Position numbers and translations under genes: made by a program | Shown: positions 25,699 to 39,078 of the stretch, piece after piece | Layout: each line of letters begins with the position of its first letter | Numbering within the stretch: position 1 is the stretch's first letter | Assembly (NCBI GenBank): GCA_002104945.1 | Contig: MCFH01000023.1 | Coordinates: 1 to 64,000 of the forward strand | Reading direction: 5' to 3' | DNA length: 64,000 nucleotides | DNA from: Piromyces finnis finn | Taxonomy: Eukaryota > Fungi > Neocallimastigomycota | Notes under the pieces: generated by a model | Told to the model about the DNA's origin: nothing | Databases searched by the model: none | Seen by the model: only the letters and a program-made list of their open reading frames with translations

Positions 25699-26701
25699 AT
25701 GGTTTATTTTGGTTTTAGTAATTATTACTATCCTTACAATCATTTAGATATTCAATTGGCATTATTAATTTTATCTGCTGGAGATCATGATGGAAATATA
25801 GTTAAGGATGCGAATCTTGAATATTTGAAAATTAATATTAGTAAAAATCTAAGTAATAAAGTGGAGAAAGATATAGTTGATATTATTCCAAGTTTAAGAG
25901 ATATAAGAAAAAATATAATTGATGAAAATGAGCGAAATCAAATTTAAAGAGTTGTATAAAAAAGCTGAAAAATTAGCTATTCATTGATTAGGATTAACTA
26001 TTGAGAGCTCATTATTTGATGCCTTTAAAACTGAAACTACTAATAACAATGTTAATAATAATAACAATAATAATGCTAATACTAATGCTAATGCTAATGA
26101 ACTGGTTAAATCACATTTTGAAAAGTTGGATGTATTTAGAAAATTGAATACTGATGGCATTGGATTAATTAACAGTGAAAATGACATGACTACGTTATCT
26201 TTTTATAGAAAAGATAGTAATATAGATTCTAATAAAAATAAATTTAAAAATGTTATTAAAAATTATGTTCCTTTTGTACCACAGTATGATAATAATCATT
26301 CCAACAGTTATATTGTTAATTATTTTAAAGATGTTGCATCACCATGTTATCAATTACAAACTTGCAAAGATTTATTTGACAATTCTAATCTATCATACAG
26401 TTTAATCAAAGATGATTCTAAGGATAATTTATATTTTATTGTTAGTCTTAATAATAATATACATGCGTTTCAATTAAAAAATGATAATGGTCATTATATT
26501 ATGAATGGTTATGACAATGAATCATTAAACGATTTAAATGATATAATTCAAGGATATGGTAAATCTTCCGAAAACACAAGTAATGATGCTTTTATTAAAG
26601 GGGATGATATTAATATAATTCCAGATTGTGGTATAATTCTTACTACTAGAATTTACAGTCAACACAGCAACCACTGTCTTACTCTCCTGATGATTATGTA
26701 A
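25699..26701 (+). pseudogene. Intronless orphan gene with stops/frameshift
   Basis: ORFs 25699-25947 and 26126-26701 are joined by coding-like sequence with an Asn-rich linker. Confidence 0.45.
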
Positions 26702-28259
26702 TTTCAGATAGAGAGAGTAATCGAATTGATAATCAATTAAATGGAAAATTGTTCATTTGATAAACATTTTTCATTTTGTAGTAAATTACGGATTAATTGA
26801 ATAATATCCATTAATTATTAATTAATTTTATATTTAATAAAAATTAAAAAATTATTTTATTAAAATATAAATTATAATGTATACTAATCATTTTATAATT
26901 GTGGATATTTATTTATTAATTTATCATTATTATGTAAAACTATAAATAAAGATATGATAAATATAAGTAAATATTTAAATTATAATATATTATATATTAT
27001 ACTAACTAGTTAAAAATAATATAGTTAACATTTTTTAACAACACTTTTTTGATAAAATTATATAAAAAAGTATTATATTTAAAGATAATATTGATTTAAA
27101 AATAAATAGTTTATTTAAAAATAATATTAATATTTTTTATAAATTAAAAGTTTTTATTTAATAGTGTAATAGTTCAACTTGGTAATTACAAATTATTATA
27201 AAATATATAATATAATATTTACATCTATATTAAACATAGTTTATTTATATAATAAATAAATGATGTTTAAATGTATTTACATTCATTTGAATTATAAAAT
27301 AAAATATTAAAAAATAAAAGTTTAGTTTAATTAAATATATATCATAGTTTCTATTTAATGTTGTTATTGTATTTAGCATGATGTAATTATATGTACATAT
27401 TATTTTTAATGAATTATCTATTATGATAATATATAAATCTATAAAAGAAAATATTAAGGTTATTTAAATATAAAATTAAATCTTTCAATAAAATAAAATA
27501 TTACATATTTTATAAATATATAAATAATTATTTCATTAATACGAATAGAATGAATAGAATAATTATTATTTAGTTATTATATAATAATAATTATTTTATA
27601 AAAATTTAAAAATATTAAAATATCATTTTAAATATTTTATTTTAATTGTTTATTATTAAGTTATAAAGAAAAGGTGTATTAAATTTATAATATTAATTTA
27701 TTACATTGTTCTACAAACCTACTTATCAATTTATGTATTTGCATTAATTTAATGTATTTGTATTAAATATTTAGTGGTCTAGAAATGAGCCATTAATAGT
27801 ATATAAGAAAGAAAAATTTTCATACATTTTAAATTTTTCATAGCTATCCTATATTAATAATTTTAATATATTAATAAACTTTAAATATTATAAAATAAAC
27901 ATGAAACAATACTATTATTAATATTAAAATAATTAAATAATTAATGGATTATTTAATTTTGATTTATAGAATATTCTATTTATTAAAGTAATAAATATCA
28001 GTGTAACATTATATTAGAATATGATTGGTTGTAAATGTTTTAAAAAAATTTAAAAAGTTAATTTCTTTTTTATCATAATTTAATCAAGAATAATTCAAAA
28101 AGTGGAATTATAAAAGAATATTTATGAAATATATTCGGGGACTGTTAAAAAATATTTAATTTATAAATACATTATTAAAAATCAAACTAAATTTTATACA
28201 TAATATTGCTATATTTATCCTAAAAATTTATTTTATATAATTTTTATAAAATAAAAATA

Positions 28260-29006
28260 CTGAAAAACATTATTTTCGTGGTGTTTACATATATATTTTG
28301 TATTTTGTTTTTTCAAAATGGATATACCCATATTATAACTATTGAATCAGATAATATTCCTTATGAATATATTTATCATTTAAATGTGACTACTAATTCT
28401 ATTGAATGCGTATTTTGTGATACAACCATATGTAAAGGTTCATATTATTTTAAAGCTGACAGATATTTTAATTTACCATTTATTGAAATTCCAATTAATA
28501 CCAATACTTTACGATTAAACGACAACAATACAGATTGCAAAATATGTAATCGTTCGGAAACCCAATTCAACAGGTATATTTTGCATCCATATGTTATGTA
28601 TCATAATCCTACTATAAGCAATAATACTTCAACTGAATGTAATAAAGATGCTCAATGTTTTACAAATAAATGTGTAAACCATACTTGTAAATTCAATGAA
28701 AATAATATTATCACACGTCTTCGATATGGTCGTAAGGGAAAATTTGTTGGAGATCCTTGTGTAAATAGGGATGATTATTCAGAAGGTGAATGTAATGGAG
28801 AGTGCTACATACCTATGAATGAAGATGAAAATAATGAATTAGATTCTGCTATACGTTTTTTGTACTGGTTGGGATTTTTGAGTTCTATTGCAATTCTTGG
28901 AATTTTTTATTGTTGTTGTTCTTATATAAAGATGCTAAATCTTATAAAGAATTTAATAATATTTAAATTAAATCTATTAAATATATTCAATAAATTTAAT
29001 ATGTAA
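28260..29006 (+). pseudogene. Cys-rich membrane protein family member (ATG replaced by CTG, altered C-terminus)
   Basis: ECNKDAQCFTNKCVNHTC motif, TM helix, CCC tail; CTGAAAAACATT at 28260 versus ATGAAAAACATT in the paralog at 21027. Confidence 0.7.
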
Positions 29007-29283
29007 AAGAAATTTAGTGAGTATTTTTTAAAAATAAATTTTATTAACAATTTAAACTATAATGAAATGTTAATTTCATTATTAATTTAATTACTTATAT
29101 ATAAACTGATATTAAGTATTATAATATATCAACATTATATATTAATATAATATAATACTTAAAATATTATATAAATATAAAATGATTATTTTTATGTTTT
29201 CATTTATAATAAAAATAAATTATTCAAGATAACTATAAATATTAATTCAACTAATAATAAATTCGAAATTATAGACACATAAA

Positions 29284-29364
29284 ATGCTATTTTTTTCAGC
29301 TATTATTGCAATTGTGCTAGTTAGAAATGTGTAAAAAGATCAAGGCCAATATTATGAAATGTAC
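29284..29364 (+). pseudogene. Truncated 5' end of a PI-PLC-lectin gene paralog
   Basis: MLFFSAIIAIVLVRNV...KDQGQYYE matches the start of the gene at 62994. Confidence 0.8.
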
Positions 29365-30504
29365 TTTAATGAAAAATTAAATTAAACAGGATCAATTTTC
29401 CAGTAAATATAAAGTTTAGATAATAAATTATTAAAAATTTGAATGTTAACACTTGAAAAATCACATTTAATTTCATTTTTATATTGTTATTTTTTATATA
29501 TTTTATATTATTATTATCTAGAGAAAATAATATAAAGAAAGATATATTATATTAAAACGATATAGTTCTATACTATATTAAAAGAAATAATAGAAACAAA
29601 TAGAATATTTAATCTTTTTTTTTTTTTTTTTTTTTTTAAAATGAAGAAAATAAAGAAATACTTATAGTTTCATATTTTAATAAAACATTGATAAATCTAT
29701 TATGTTTTATAATTGAAAACCGGAAAATAGTTTGTAAAGAACATGTATTGAGACAAAATTATAAATAATAATGAATTTCTGTTTACATTTATTTGAAATT
29801 TTGTAAAAATTCCATAAAGTAAATTCTAATTTCTACACAAATTGTTCTATTTACAAATCATTATTTTTAATAAATATCTTCCTTCAATTTCTTTTCTAAT
29901 AATCTTTGAAAAGAGAAATCGAATTATTTTTATTTTTTATAAATGTATACAATAATTATCAAATATTTTTATATAAATTACTTTCCTTTATTATTAAAAA
30001 AAAAGATTTTTGTGATTTTATTTAAAATTTATATTAAATATAATTTCTAAAAAGGAATATTAATTTAAATACTATTTATTAAATACTAATGAATATATAT
30101 AAAACATTACGGTCATTTTAATATTTTGTCCTTTAGTAAGAATAAAGATATAAATGAAAAATTATAAATAAAAACTTAAAAAAAGGTATATAATCTTTAC
30201 AAAAGAATTTTAATTTTTTTTTTTATTTTTCATTCTTTACTTTTATTTATTTTTTATTTTATTTTTTTTTTATATTATTATTTTACATTTATTATTTTTT
30301 TTTTATTAAGTATATAGTTATTAATATTAATATAAAAATAATAAATTTTATATTATTATCAATAATTAATTATTTATTATACTACTGTGTTGTTTTTATA
30401 TATATATTTGATTATTTATATTATAACTAAATTATTAAAATATTAATAAATTTAGTAGAATCTTTTTAGATATATGTATATTATTTACATAGTTTTCCTT
30501 AGAT

Positions 30505-32274
30505 TTAATTACATGCTAATTTTAACATTTCTCCAAATTTGGCTCTCTTCTCTAATACACTGTTACTTCGGTCTTTAGGGATTTCATACTCTAAGACGAC
30601 TTTATTAGAAGCTTCCTTAACTGATTTAGCACTTTTTAAAGCACTAAGAACGTCTTTATAATTATTATTAAGTTCTATCCAGAAGTAGTCAAGTTGCATT
30701 TGAAGATCACCAATACTCTTTTTTTGCTCTTTAGCATATTCAAGAAGACCCTGTTTACGTTTACTTGAAGTCCATTGTACTAAACCATATCCAGCTGAAT
30801 CAGTTGTAAATTTTTTGTATGTTCCATTATCAACTTCCTTGGTATATTGTTCATCAGTTTTTCCAAGACTTTTTTCGTAAATGCCTTCAAGATCATTTGA
30901 TCTTAAACGAGATTCGGCATAAAGATTTCCAATCATACCGGCAGCTCCATAAGCATTTTCAATTTTACTTAAAAGGAAGCTCCAAATGTATGGTGCATTT
31001 GGTAATGCTTCTTTGTCAATAGTTCCGTAACTATTTTTTGGGGAACATTCCTTAAGAGTAGAACATTTTCCAAATTCTGATTGGCATCCAATACCGCAAT
31101 GAGTATTTTCGGTTCCACACCATCCATACTGACTACAGCATTTACCGGATGGGCATACAGTGTATCCATTCTGAGGTCCGCATTTACCATTCGTAGAAAG
31201 TCCAGTACATGTACCAAATTCAGATTGACATCCTTTTGAAAGTTGGCAATGGCTGTCTTCTTTTCCACACCATCCATATTCACTACAACAATAGCCTGGA
31301 CTACATTCACCATATCCTTTACCACATCTACTTTTTGTTGTAGGAGATGTACTAGTTTTAGTTGTAGTCGTTCTAGTGGTTGTAGCTTTAGTTGTTGTAG
31401 CCTTGGTTGTAGTAGTCTTTTTTGTAGTAGTAGTGGTTGTAGTAGCTTTAGTTGTAGTTGTAGTTGTAGTTTTAAAAATGTTATTTGTGGTGGTGGTGGT
31501 GGTTTTAGGGACGGTACTAGTTATTAAAGAAATATTACATTGACCAAATTCGGATTGACAACCAGCACCGCAATGAATACTTTCGGTTCCACACCATCCA
31601 TACTGACTACAACATTCCCCAGATGGACATACAGTATAACCATTTTGTGGACCACAACGATTATTTGTAGAGATACCACCAATACACTTACCAAACTCAG
31701 ATTGACAACCATTTGAAATTAAACAGTGATCATCAGATTGACCACACCAACCAAACACACTACAACAAAAGCCAGGATCACATTCCCCATATCCTACACC
31801 ACATTTACTCTTGATTGAGGTAGGTTGAAGAGATGTATTGGATTTAGTAGTTTGAGAAGAAATATTAGTTGTTGTTGATGGAGGGATGGTATTAAAAGTT
31901 AAAGTTGGTTGTAAAAAATTATTACACTGACCAAATTCCGATTGACATCCGGTACCGCAATGAATACCTTCGGTTCCACACCATCCATACTGACTACAGC
32001 ATTCCTCAGATGGACATATAGTATAACCATTTTGTGGACCACATCGATCATCTGTAGAGATACCACCAGTACATTTACCAAATTTTGGTTGACAGTTATT
32101 AGAGATTAAGCAATAGTCATCGGATTTACCACACCATCCAAATTCACTACAACAAAAGCCAGGATCACATTCACCATATCCATCACCACATCTACTTGTA
32201 AACGTTGGGGCAGCCGATATAGATGAAATGGATAGAATTGATGAAATGGAGAAAATTAAATTAAGGTATTTCAT
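30505..32274 (-). CDS. Secreted protein: six hevein/CBM18 domains plus a C-terminal phage-tail-lysozyme-type domain (589 aa)
   Basis: Signal peptide MKYLNLIFSISSILSISSISA, 6x CG..CCS.(F/Y)GWCG...C..GCQSEFG.C, Thr-rich linkers, then GAAGMIGNLYAES..GYGLVQWT..QLDYFWIEL..YEIP. Confidence 0.9.
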   Translation of the reverse strand: MKYLNLIFSISSILSISSISAAPTFTSRCGDGYGECDPGFCCSEFGWCGKSDDYCLISNNCQPKFGKCTGGISTDDRCGPQNGYTICPSEECCSQYGWCGTEGIHCGTGCQSEFGQCNNFLQPTLTFNTIPPSTTTNISSQTTKSNTSLQPTSIKSKCGVGYGECDPGFCCSVFGWCGQSDDHCLISNGCQSEFGKCIGGISTNNRCGPQNGYTVCPSGECCSQYGWCGTESIHCGAGCQSEFGQCNISLITSTVPKTTTTTTNNIFKTTTTTTTKATTTTTTTKKTTTTKATTTKATTTRTTTTKTSTSPTTKSRCGKGYGECSPGYCCSEYGWCGKEDSHCQLSKGCQSEFGTCTGLSTNGKCGPQNGYTVCPSGKCCSQYGWCGTENTHCGIGCQSEFGKCSTLKECSPKNSYGTIDKEALPNAPYIWSFLLSKIENAYGAAGMIGNLYAESRLRSNDLEGIYEKSLGKTDEQYTKEVDNGTYKKFTTDSAGYGLVQWTSSKRKQGLLEYAKEQKKSIGDLQMQLDYFWIELNNNYKDVLSALKSAKSVKEASNKVVLEYEIPKDRSNSVLEKRAKFGEMLKLACN

Positions 32275-34493
32275 ATTTATATATATATATATATATATAT
32301 AGTTTTTTATTTTTTTTTTTAAATAAAATAAGAATTTTTTTATTTTTTTATAGTTTCTAGAAAAATCAAATAAAAAATAAAGTTTATTATTTAAATATAT
32401 AATAAAAGTATTGTTTCTTATTAATTTTTGGTTTGTGTTCATTATTGAGGTAAAATTCTTTTACAGTCTAGACCATTAGAAAAAAGTATACTTTTTTTTT
32501 TTTCCATATCAAAGTTTAAATATTATAAAATGTAATGATATTAATTTATTTAAAAAAAATTTTTGATCTAAATAGAATTTATATTTATTATAAAATTTTT
32601 TTGTTTTTACAATTATCATTATTATTATTATTATTATTATCAATGGTTTAATTCAATTAAAATGAAATCTATCAAGTATTTTAAAATATTTATTCTATTC
32701 TTTAAATATTCTATATAAAAATAGATAATACTAATAATGATGATAATAATAACATTGCAGAAATGTGAATATTAAACTGAATATAAACTCGATAGTTATC
32801 TATATATAACTATAAATTATAAAAATTATTGCTAATTCAAAGGACATTAATTTATAGTTATTTCATATTAATTATTTATTCTTATATAAAAGTATTTATT
32901 AAAAGTAATAATTATTATAATTAAGGTTTAAAGTATAAAAAAAAAAAAAGTCGATTTTTTATCTTTTTTTTTTTTTTTTCTGGATAGTTATTTAATTATC
33001 ATTTTACCATATAAAGAAATTATTATTTATAATATATAAGATATATTTATTTAGTCTATTAAATAAATTATAAAATGTATTTAATAAATAATTATCATAA
33101 AATAGCAGACATATAAAATATTAATGAACAATTTCCATTTGGATTTGTACATTTTGTATAAAACAATTACATTTAATAATATTTAATAGTAATAACTTTA
33201 ATATATTAATATACATGAATTGTATTAAAAAATTATTAAAATGTTTTATATAATTTTATATACAAATTTAAAAACTATTTCTTAATATATTAATAGGATT
33301 CAATTATTTTTTTTATATATATAGAAAATTACATCCACCACCATAATTTTATTATAAATATTAATTTCTTAAGTAGTATTTCTGAACGCTAAATTGAAAG
33401 ATTTAAACACAATCCTTTCTTTTACCAAAGCTATTAATTTTCCATTAATAATTATACTTGAATTATCATTTGTACCTTTAAACCAAGTTATACTACAATC
33501 AATCGATTAACATTCGCTAGTTAAATGTCTTTAATTAATGTAAAAATAATAGCTATAACCCCTGAAGCTATCTCGTATCTTGGTTTTAACTAGTGATTTT
33601 ACTAAAATTTATTTATAATCTAATGAATGATCCGTATCTGATTTAGAAAGTGACGTGTTTTTTTTTTTTTTTACAAAACTTTTATTAGTAATGTTAATTT
33701 AAACTGTAATTACTATTTAAAAAAAAACATCAAAGACTATTGGTGTAAAGTAAAAAAACTTTAAAAAATTTGCATTTAAATTTTATGGACATTTCATAAA
33801 AAAAATTTTTTTTTATTTTCTATTAATTTATTTATTTATCAAAGTTGGGTACAAAATAAATTAAATGAAAAAATGAATATTCCATTTTTTAAAAATTAAT
33901 AAACTTAAAAAAGTTAAATTTATGTAGGTTTCATATTTATTACATTATTCACATTATTATAAATAATGAAAATTATTTATTTTATATAGTTTAAATTTTA
34001 AAAATTAGAGATAGATAGGAAGGTAATGTCAAGTTTTAACTAATAAAAAATAAATATAATAATCATTTAACACAAAAAAATAAACCTATTTTTTTATTAT
34101 GATGATGATGATGTACTGTTAAAAAAAATTAGAGTTTATTTTAATTTATCTAAATTAATGATTAATTAAATAAACAAATTTTTCTTTTTAATGACCTATA
34201 AAATTAATTAAATCATAAATTAATTTAATTATAAAATTAATATTTAATATAAAATAATATAAGAAAATAAAAGTTTGATATTTTATTACTATTTTTTAAG
34301 AAAATATATAAAATGATAAGTCACAAAAAAAAAAATTTTTTTTAAAAAAAAAAAAAATAGATATAAATCAAATTAATAATAATAATAAAAAAAAAAAAAA
34401 CATAAAAAAATATATATAAAAAAGTATATATATTTTATATTTATAACATATATAATTAAACTATATAAAATAAATATAAATAAATTACAAGTT

Positions 34494-34612
34494 TATTTAA
34501 TAGTAAATTATACTTCAACTTGGTAGTTACAGCATATTACAAAGTAAAACATTATATTTATAATAATAAATGATTCTATAATTTATATATATTTACTTAG
34601 AACACAATTAAT
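34494..34612 (+). repeat. 119-bp direct repeat, copy 2
   Basis: Identical to 19050-19168; lies 65 bp upstream of the CE4 start codon. Confidence 0.9.
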
Positions 34613-34677
34613 AGTAGTTGAAATAAATATAAATATAAATCAAATAAATTAAATGAAAAATTAATAAAAATATAAAA

Positions 34678-35962
34678 ATGCATTTCATTAAATTTGCTGC
34701 TTTGGGACTTTGTTCAAGTAATTATTATTTAACTGTTTAATATTCAATATACTTTGAAATAAATATAATATTTTAATTAATGTATTATAAAAAAAAAAAA
34801 AAAAGAAAAAGAAAACCTATTCAATTTATAGAAATAAAATGTTTAAATGAATGGATAGTTTAAATATAAAATGTTATTTTTATATAAAAATTTATTTATA
34901 TTTAATTATTTTTTATAAAAAAAAGTTATTATCGGAAAATATTATTAATTTATTTCATAACCTATTTTATATAATCTATTTATATTTAAATTATATATAA
35001 ATATTATAAAAGTTCTTTCTGTAAGTAGTACTCTTATTCGTTCTTGTACTGAACCAAATACTGTTGCTCTTACATTTGATGATGGACCATTCCAATACAC
35101 TACTGAATTACTTGATTATTTAAAAGAAGCAGGTATTCATGCTACTTTCTTTATTAATGGTAATAATTATTGGCCAGAATTATCAACTGATCCAGAAAAG
35201 CAAGCTATTTTAAAGAGAGTTGCTGAAGAAGGTCACCAAATTGCATCTCATACTTGGAATCATGAAATTCCTGAACAAAATGGTGTTATTGATAAGCAAA
35301 GTGTACTTGAATCCTTATCTTTAATTGAAGACCTTGTTTATAAAAATACAGGAAAGTACCCAACTTATTTCCGTGCTCCAAAGGGAGAAATTGATGAAGC
35401 TACTGTAATGTTATTTGAAGAATTTAACTATAAAGTTATTCAATGGGACACTGATACTAATGATTGGAACAGAGTCGTTAATGGTGTTAAACATAAGGAT
35501 CATAATGCTAGAATAAAAGCTGCTAAAGAATTTCTCACTAACGAATATTATAAAAAGAAAGAAAACTATTTAGTTTTAATGCATGATGTTCAACCACACA
35601 CTGTAAAAGAAATAGTACCATATATTATTAATAATGGAATATTCCAAGGATATAATTTTGTTACTGTTGCTGAATGTCTTGGAGATCCAACTGGTGGTTG
35701 GTCCACTATTGGTGGTAATGCTTTATCCATACTTAACGGTGGTGCTCCTCCAAATAATAATGTTGTTCAAAATAATTATAATGCTGATGTTGATACAATA
35801 GATTATAGTTATAGTAATACTGATTTCCAAGAAAACAGAAGCATTACAACTAATTTAAATAATGAAGTAATGAATCTTAAGAGTGATGGTTTCATGACTA
35901 AGACTGTAAACTTTTATGTTATTGCTACTATTATTTTATCTGCTTTATACATGCTTCTCTAG
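34678..35962 (+). CDS. Polysaccharide/chitin deacetylase (CE4, NodB domain), 2 exons (34678-34717, 35013-35962), 329 aa
   Basis: The GT-AG intron joins a signal peptide to LTFDDGP, ATFF, HQIASHTWNH, FRAPKG, DTNDW, LMHD; hydrophobic C-terminus. Confidence 0.9.
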
Positions 35963-36585
35963 ATACAATCTATATAAATAATATCCCCTAGAATTAAAAA
36001 AAAAAATAATAATCATCTTCATAATAAAATTTAAAAAAAAAAACTAAATTTATAATAATAATAATGATAGTAGGATTACTACTATTTTATATTACATTAT
36101 AGATAGTAATAATTAAGATAAACTATTATTATTTTAAAATAAAGTAAATAACGTAATCAACAAACATATGATTCCAATTTTATTGAAAAATTGGTATTAT
36201 TCAACAAAAATATAAGAATTAAAAAATAATAATAAAAAAAACCTAAAAGTTGTAAAAATTGTAAAAAGTAAAAAAAAGTAATAAATAATAAAAATTTAAA
36301 TTAAAAGTTGAAATAAAATAAATTATATTTAGTTAATAGTCTAACCAATTATAAAATCTATTTATTTATATATAGATAAGATAGATATAAGTGTGTGTGT
36401 GTGTATTAAATAATAATGTATTAAAAATGATTTTTTAGTTTTATATTTTTTATTAAATGGATTTGATGACATTAAAGCAAAACTACTTATAGAGTAAAGA
36501 GCCCTGTTTATGATTTGATAAACAATAGTTGTTTAATTCTCATTCTTTTTATTAAAGAATTTTTATAGAATAATCAAATATTTAA

Positions 36586-38760
36586 TATGCCGTAGACGTC
36601 AATTAGATAATAAAGAGACATATTTGGCCTTTTTAGATCTCAGGAAAGCATACGATTCTGTCCCAATCGGTAATATTCTCCATAAATTAGATTGTTTAGG
36701 AATCCGAGGTAAGAGTCTACAATTTATCAAAAATTTATATTTAACATCTAAGGCTAATGTCAAATTAGATGGACAATTCTCGAAATCTTTTGATGTGAAG
36801 AAAGGAGTCCGTCAAGGTTGCCCTCTTTCTCCTATTCTCTTTAATCTCTTTATTAATGATATATTTAGAGAGTGCGAAGATCTAGGAGTCAGTTTAGGTG
36901 ACACTCGATGCTGTGGTGGACTTTTTGCAGATGATATAGTTATTTGTGCTCCAACAAGAGGATGCTTAAAAAAGATGCTTAGAAGAGTTAATGAATGGGC
37001 ATTGTATAATGAAATGGAATTTGGTATCCAGAAATGTTCAACGATGGTGATTCGTCCTGAATCAATAGAAAATCAGAACAAGAGAGATCCAACATTTTAC
37101 TTAGCAGGACAACCCATTCCAACTACTGATTGCTATACTTATCTTGGTGTTCCATTTGATAAGAATCTGTCCCTTAAACCAGTAATTAAAGCTCTTAATA
37201 ACAAGGTTTTGAAAGGGCTTTTCTCAGTCAGTAAATTCTTAAGAAATCCTAATATTCCTATTCCTTTCAAAAAACTAGTACTTAACTCACAAGTGATTAG
37301 CAGAGTTTCATACTTTGCACCATTACTTGGATCCAACAAAGCTAGGTCTAGGATTGCTCAGAAGCATGTTAACAAAGGAATACGATGGGTTGCCGGAGTT
37401 CATAAAGCTGTATCGTTTATATCTTTATACTCTATTTCAAAAGATTTGAATATTCCTCCATTGTCAGCCAAATGTGCGTTAGCTCAGGTTAGATGTTTTA
37501 ACAAATGGAAAAACTCAAATTGTATTATCTCACACCTTGTCAATTACATTCCTAAATTTAGAAAATACACGTGGTGCAAATCAAGTAGGACACTTGATAA
37601 AAAATTAAAGAAACATGGAGATGTTAAAGCAGTTAAAAACTTTTATTGGAAAGATCTCAAAGGGAATTCAATCAAAGCGCAATATTATGATGATAATAAA
37701 TTTATTGAAACTAAAGATTTTATCAAATTATGTTATGAGTACCCAGAGTTTGCCTATGGCTTCTACTGGCTATTGAAAGCAAGAAGCGGATACAAGTTGG
37801 ATGCTAGAGTTGCCAAAGCTGCTAAATTTGTTGATCCAGTTTGTCCTAACTACTGTCCATGTTGCAAGTGTGGAGATCAAAGTATTAAACATTGGTTATT
37901 AGATTGTCCAACATTTAGAGATATCCGTATTAAACATTATGATTCCATAGTCCAGCTATTAAATTTTTTCAGTCAACGTAATTCCAATAGTCCTATCAAT
38001 AATAATGAAATTGATAATGTCAGTAGAGATAGCAATAACAGTAATAGTAATAGTAACAATAATAATAATAACAATAGTAATAATAACAATAGTAGTAATA
38101 GAAATAATAATATTAATAATGATAGCAATAGTGAAGATAATAATTCTAATTTAGATAGTAATTTAGTTAATGATAGTAATAGTTCTAATAATCCGGTGAA
38201 TATTAATGTGTATGATTATTCTAGTGTGTGCAGTAAAATATTTAAATTCCTTCTTGGGGGAAGAAGTTTTAACAATATTAATTACAATTCAAGGGAATGG
38301 AAAGAACTTTGTAAGCGTCAGATTCAATCTGGTACTAATGAAGGAGCACCATTCTTGACGGTAACCGCGGAACTTCTAACCAAAATCATGCCTTTTGCTA
38401 TTGGCCAGCAATGGTCAATGTTCAAAAGGTTTGAAGCAACATCCAAGAGCGTCAATGCTGAAGAAACAGTAAGACAGGCCAGGAGGGCCAGCGCAACCAA
38501 TGGAGATCATAATTTTGTTCCATGACAAAATTTTGATCTTTGGCTCGGTGTCCCATTGGAAGTCAAATACAATTATTATACTTTAGTATGATAGTGGCTT
38601 TCTTACTTTAATTAAAATTACTAGAATACATTATACCCAATTTTTTATTCATTTGTGTTTATTTAAACATATTTTTTTTATTTTTATTTATTTTTAATTT
38701 TTTATTACATGTATTATAATTTTAATTAAATTAATAATAAAGTTTAAAATATTTGATGCC

Positions 38761-38809
<49 letters not shown>

Positions 38810-38844
38810 AAAAAAAAAAAAAAAAATAAAAAAAAAAAAAAAAA

Positions 38845-38880
<36 letters not shown>
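36586..38880 (+). mobile_element. LINE (APE-RT family) copy 1, 5'-truncated within RT
   Basis: FLDLRKAYD, GVRQGCPLSP, FADD, YLG; ~117-nt A-rich tail; 14-bp TSD AATCAAATATTTAA at 36572-36585 and 38881-38894. Confidence 0.95.
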
Positions 38881-38885
<5 letters not shown>

Positions 38886-39078
38886 AATATTTAACTATAG
38901 ACAAATTAGTTTATAATTTATGAAAAAATAACCATTATATTATTAATAATAAGTATGATATTTTTATATTCATTTTTTCAAAGATATTTTAAAAGTATGA
39001 ACATTCCAACATAATTTATGAGAAAAAAAAAAGGTAATACAAAATAATGTTTCCAACTTTAAATTTTTTTTTTTTTTT

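Noticed and set aside
33330-33660. Decayed coding-like stretch on the minus strand (similar patches at 10050-10260, 45790-46060, 47200-47340)
   Set aside because: Multiple stops and no recognisable motif; cannot be supported
38457-38470. CTGAAGA resembling a hammerhead ribozyme core
   Set aside because: No stem II followed by GAAA in the required arrangement
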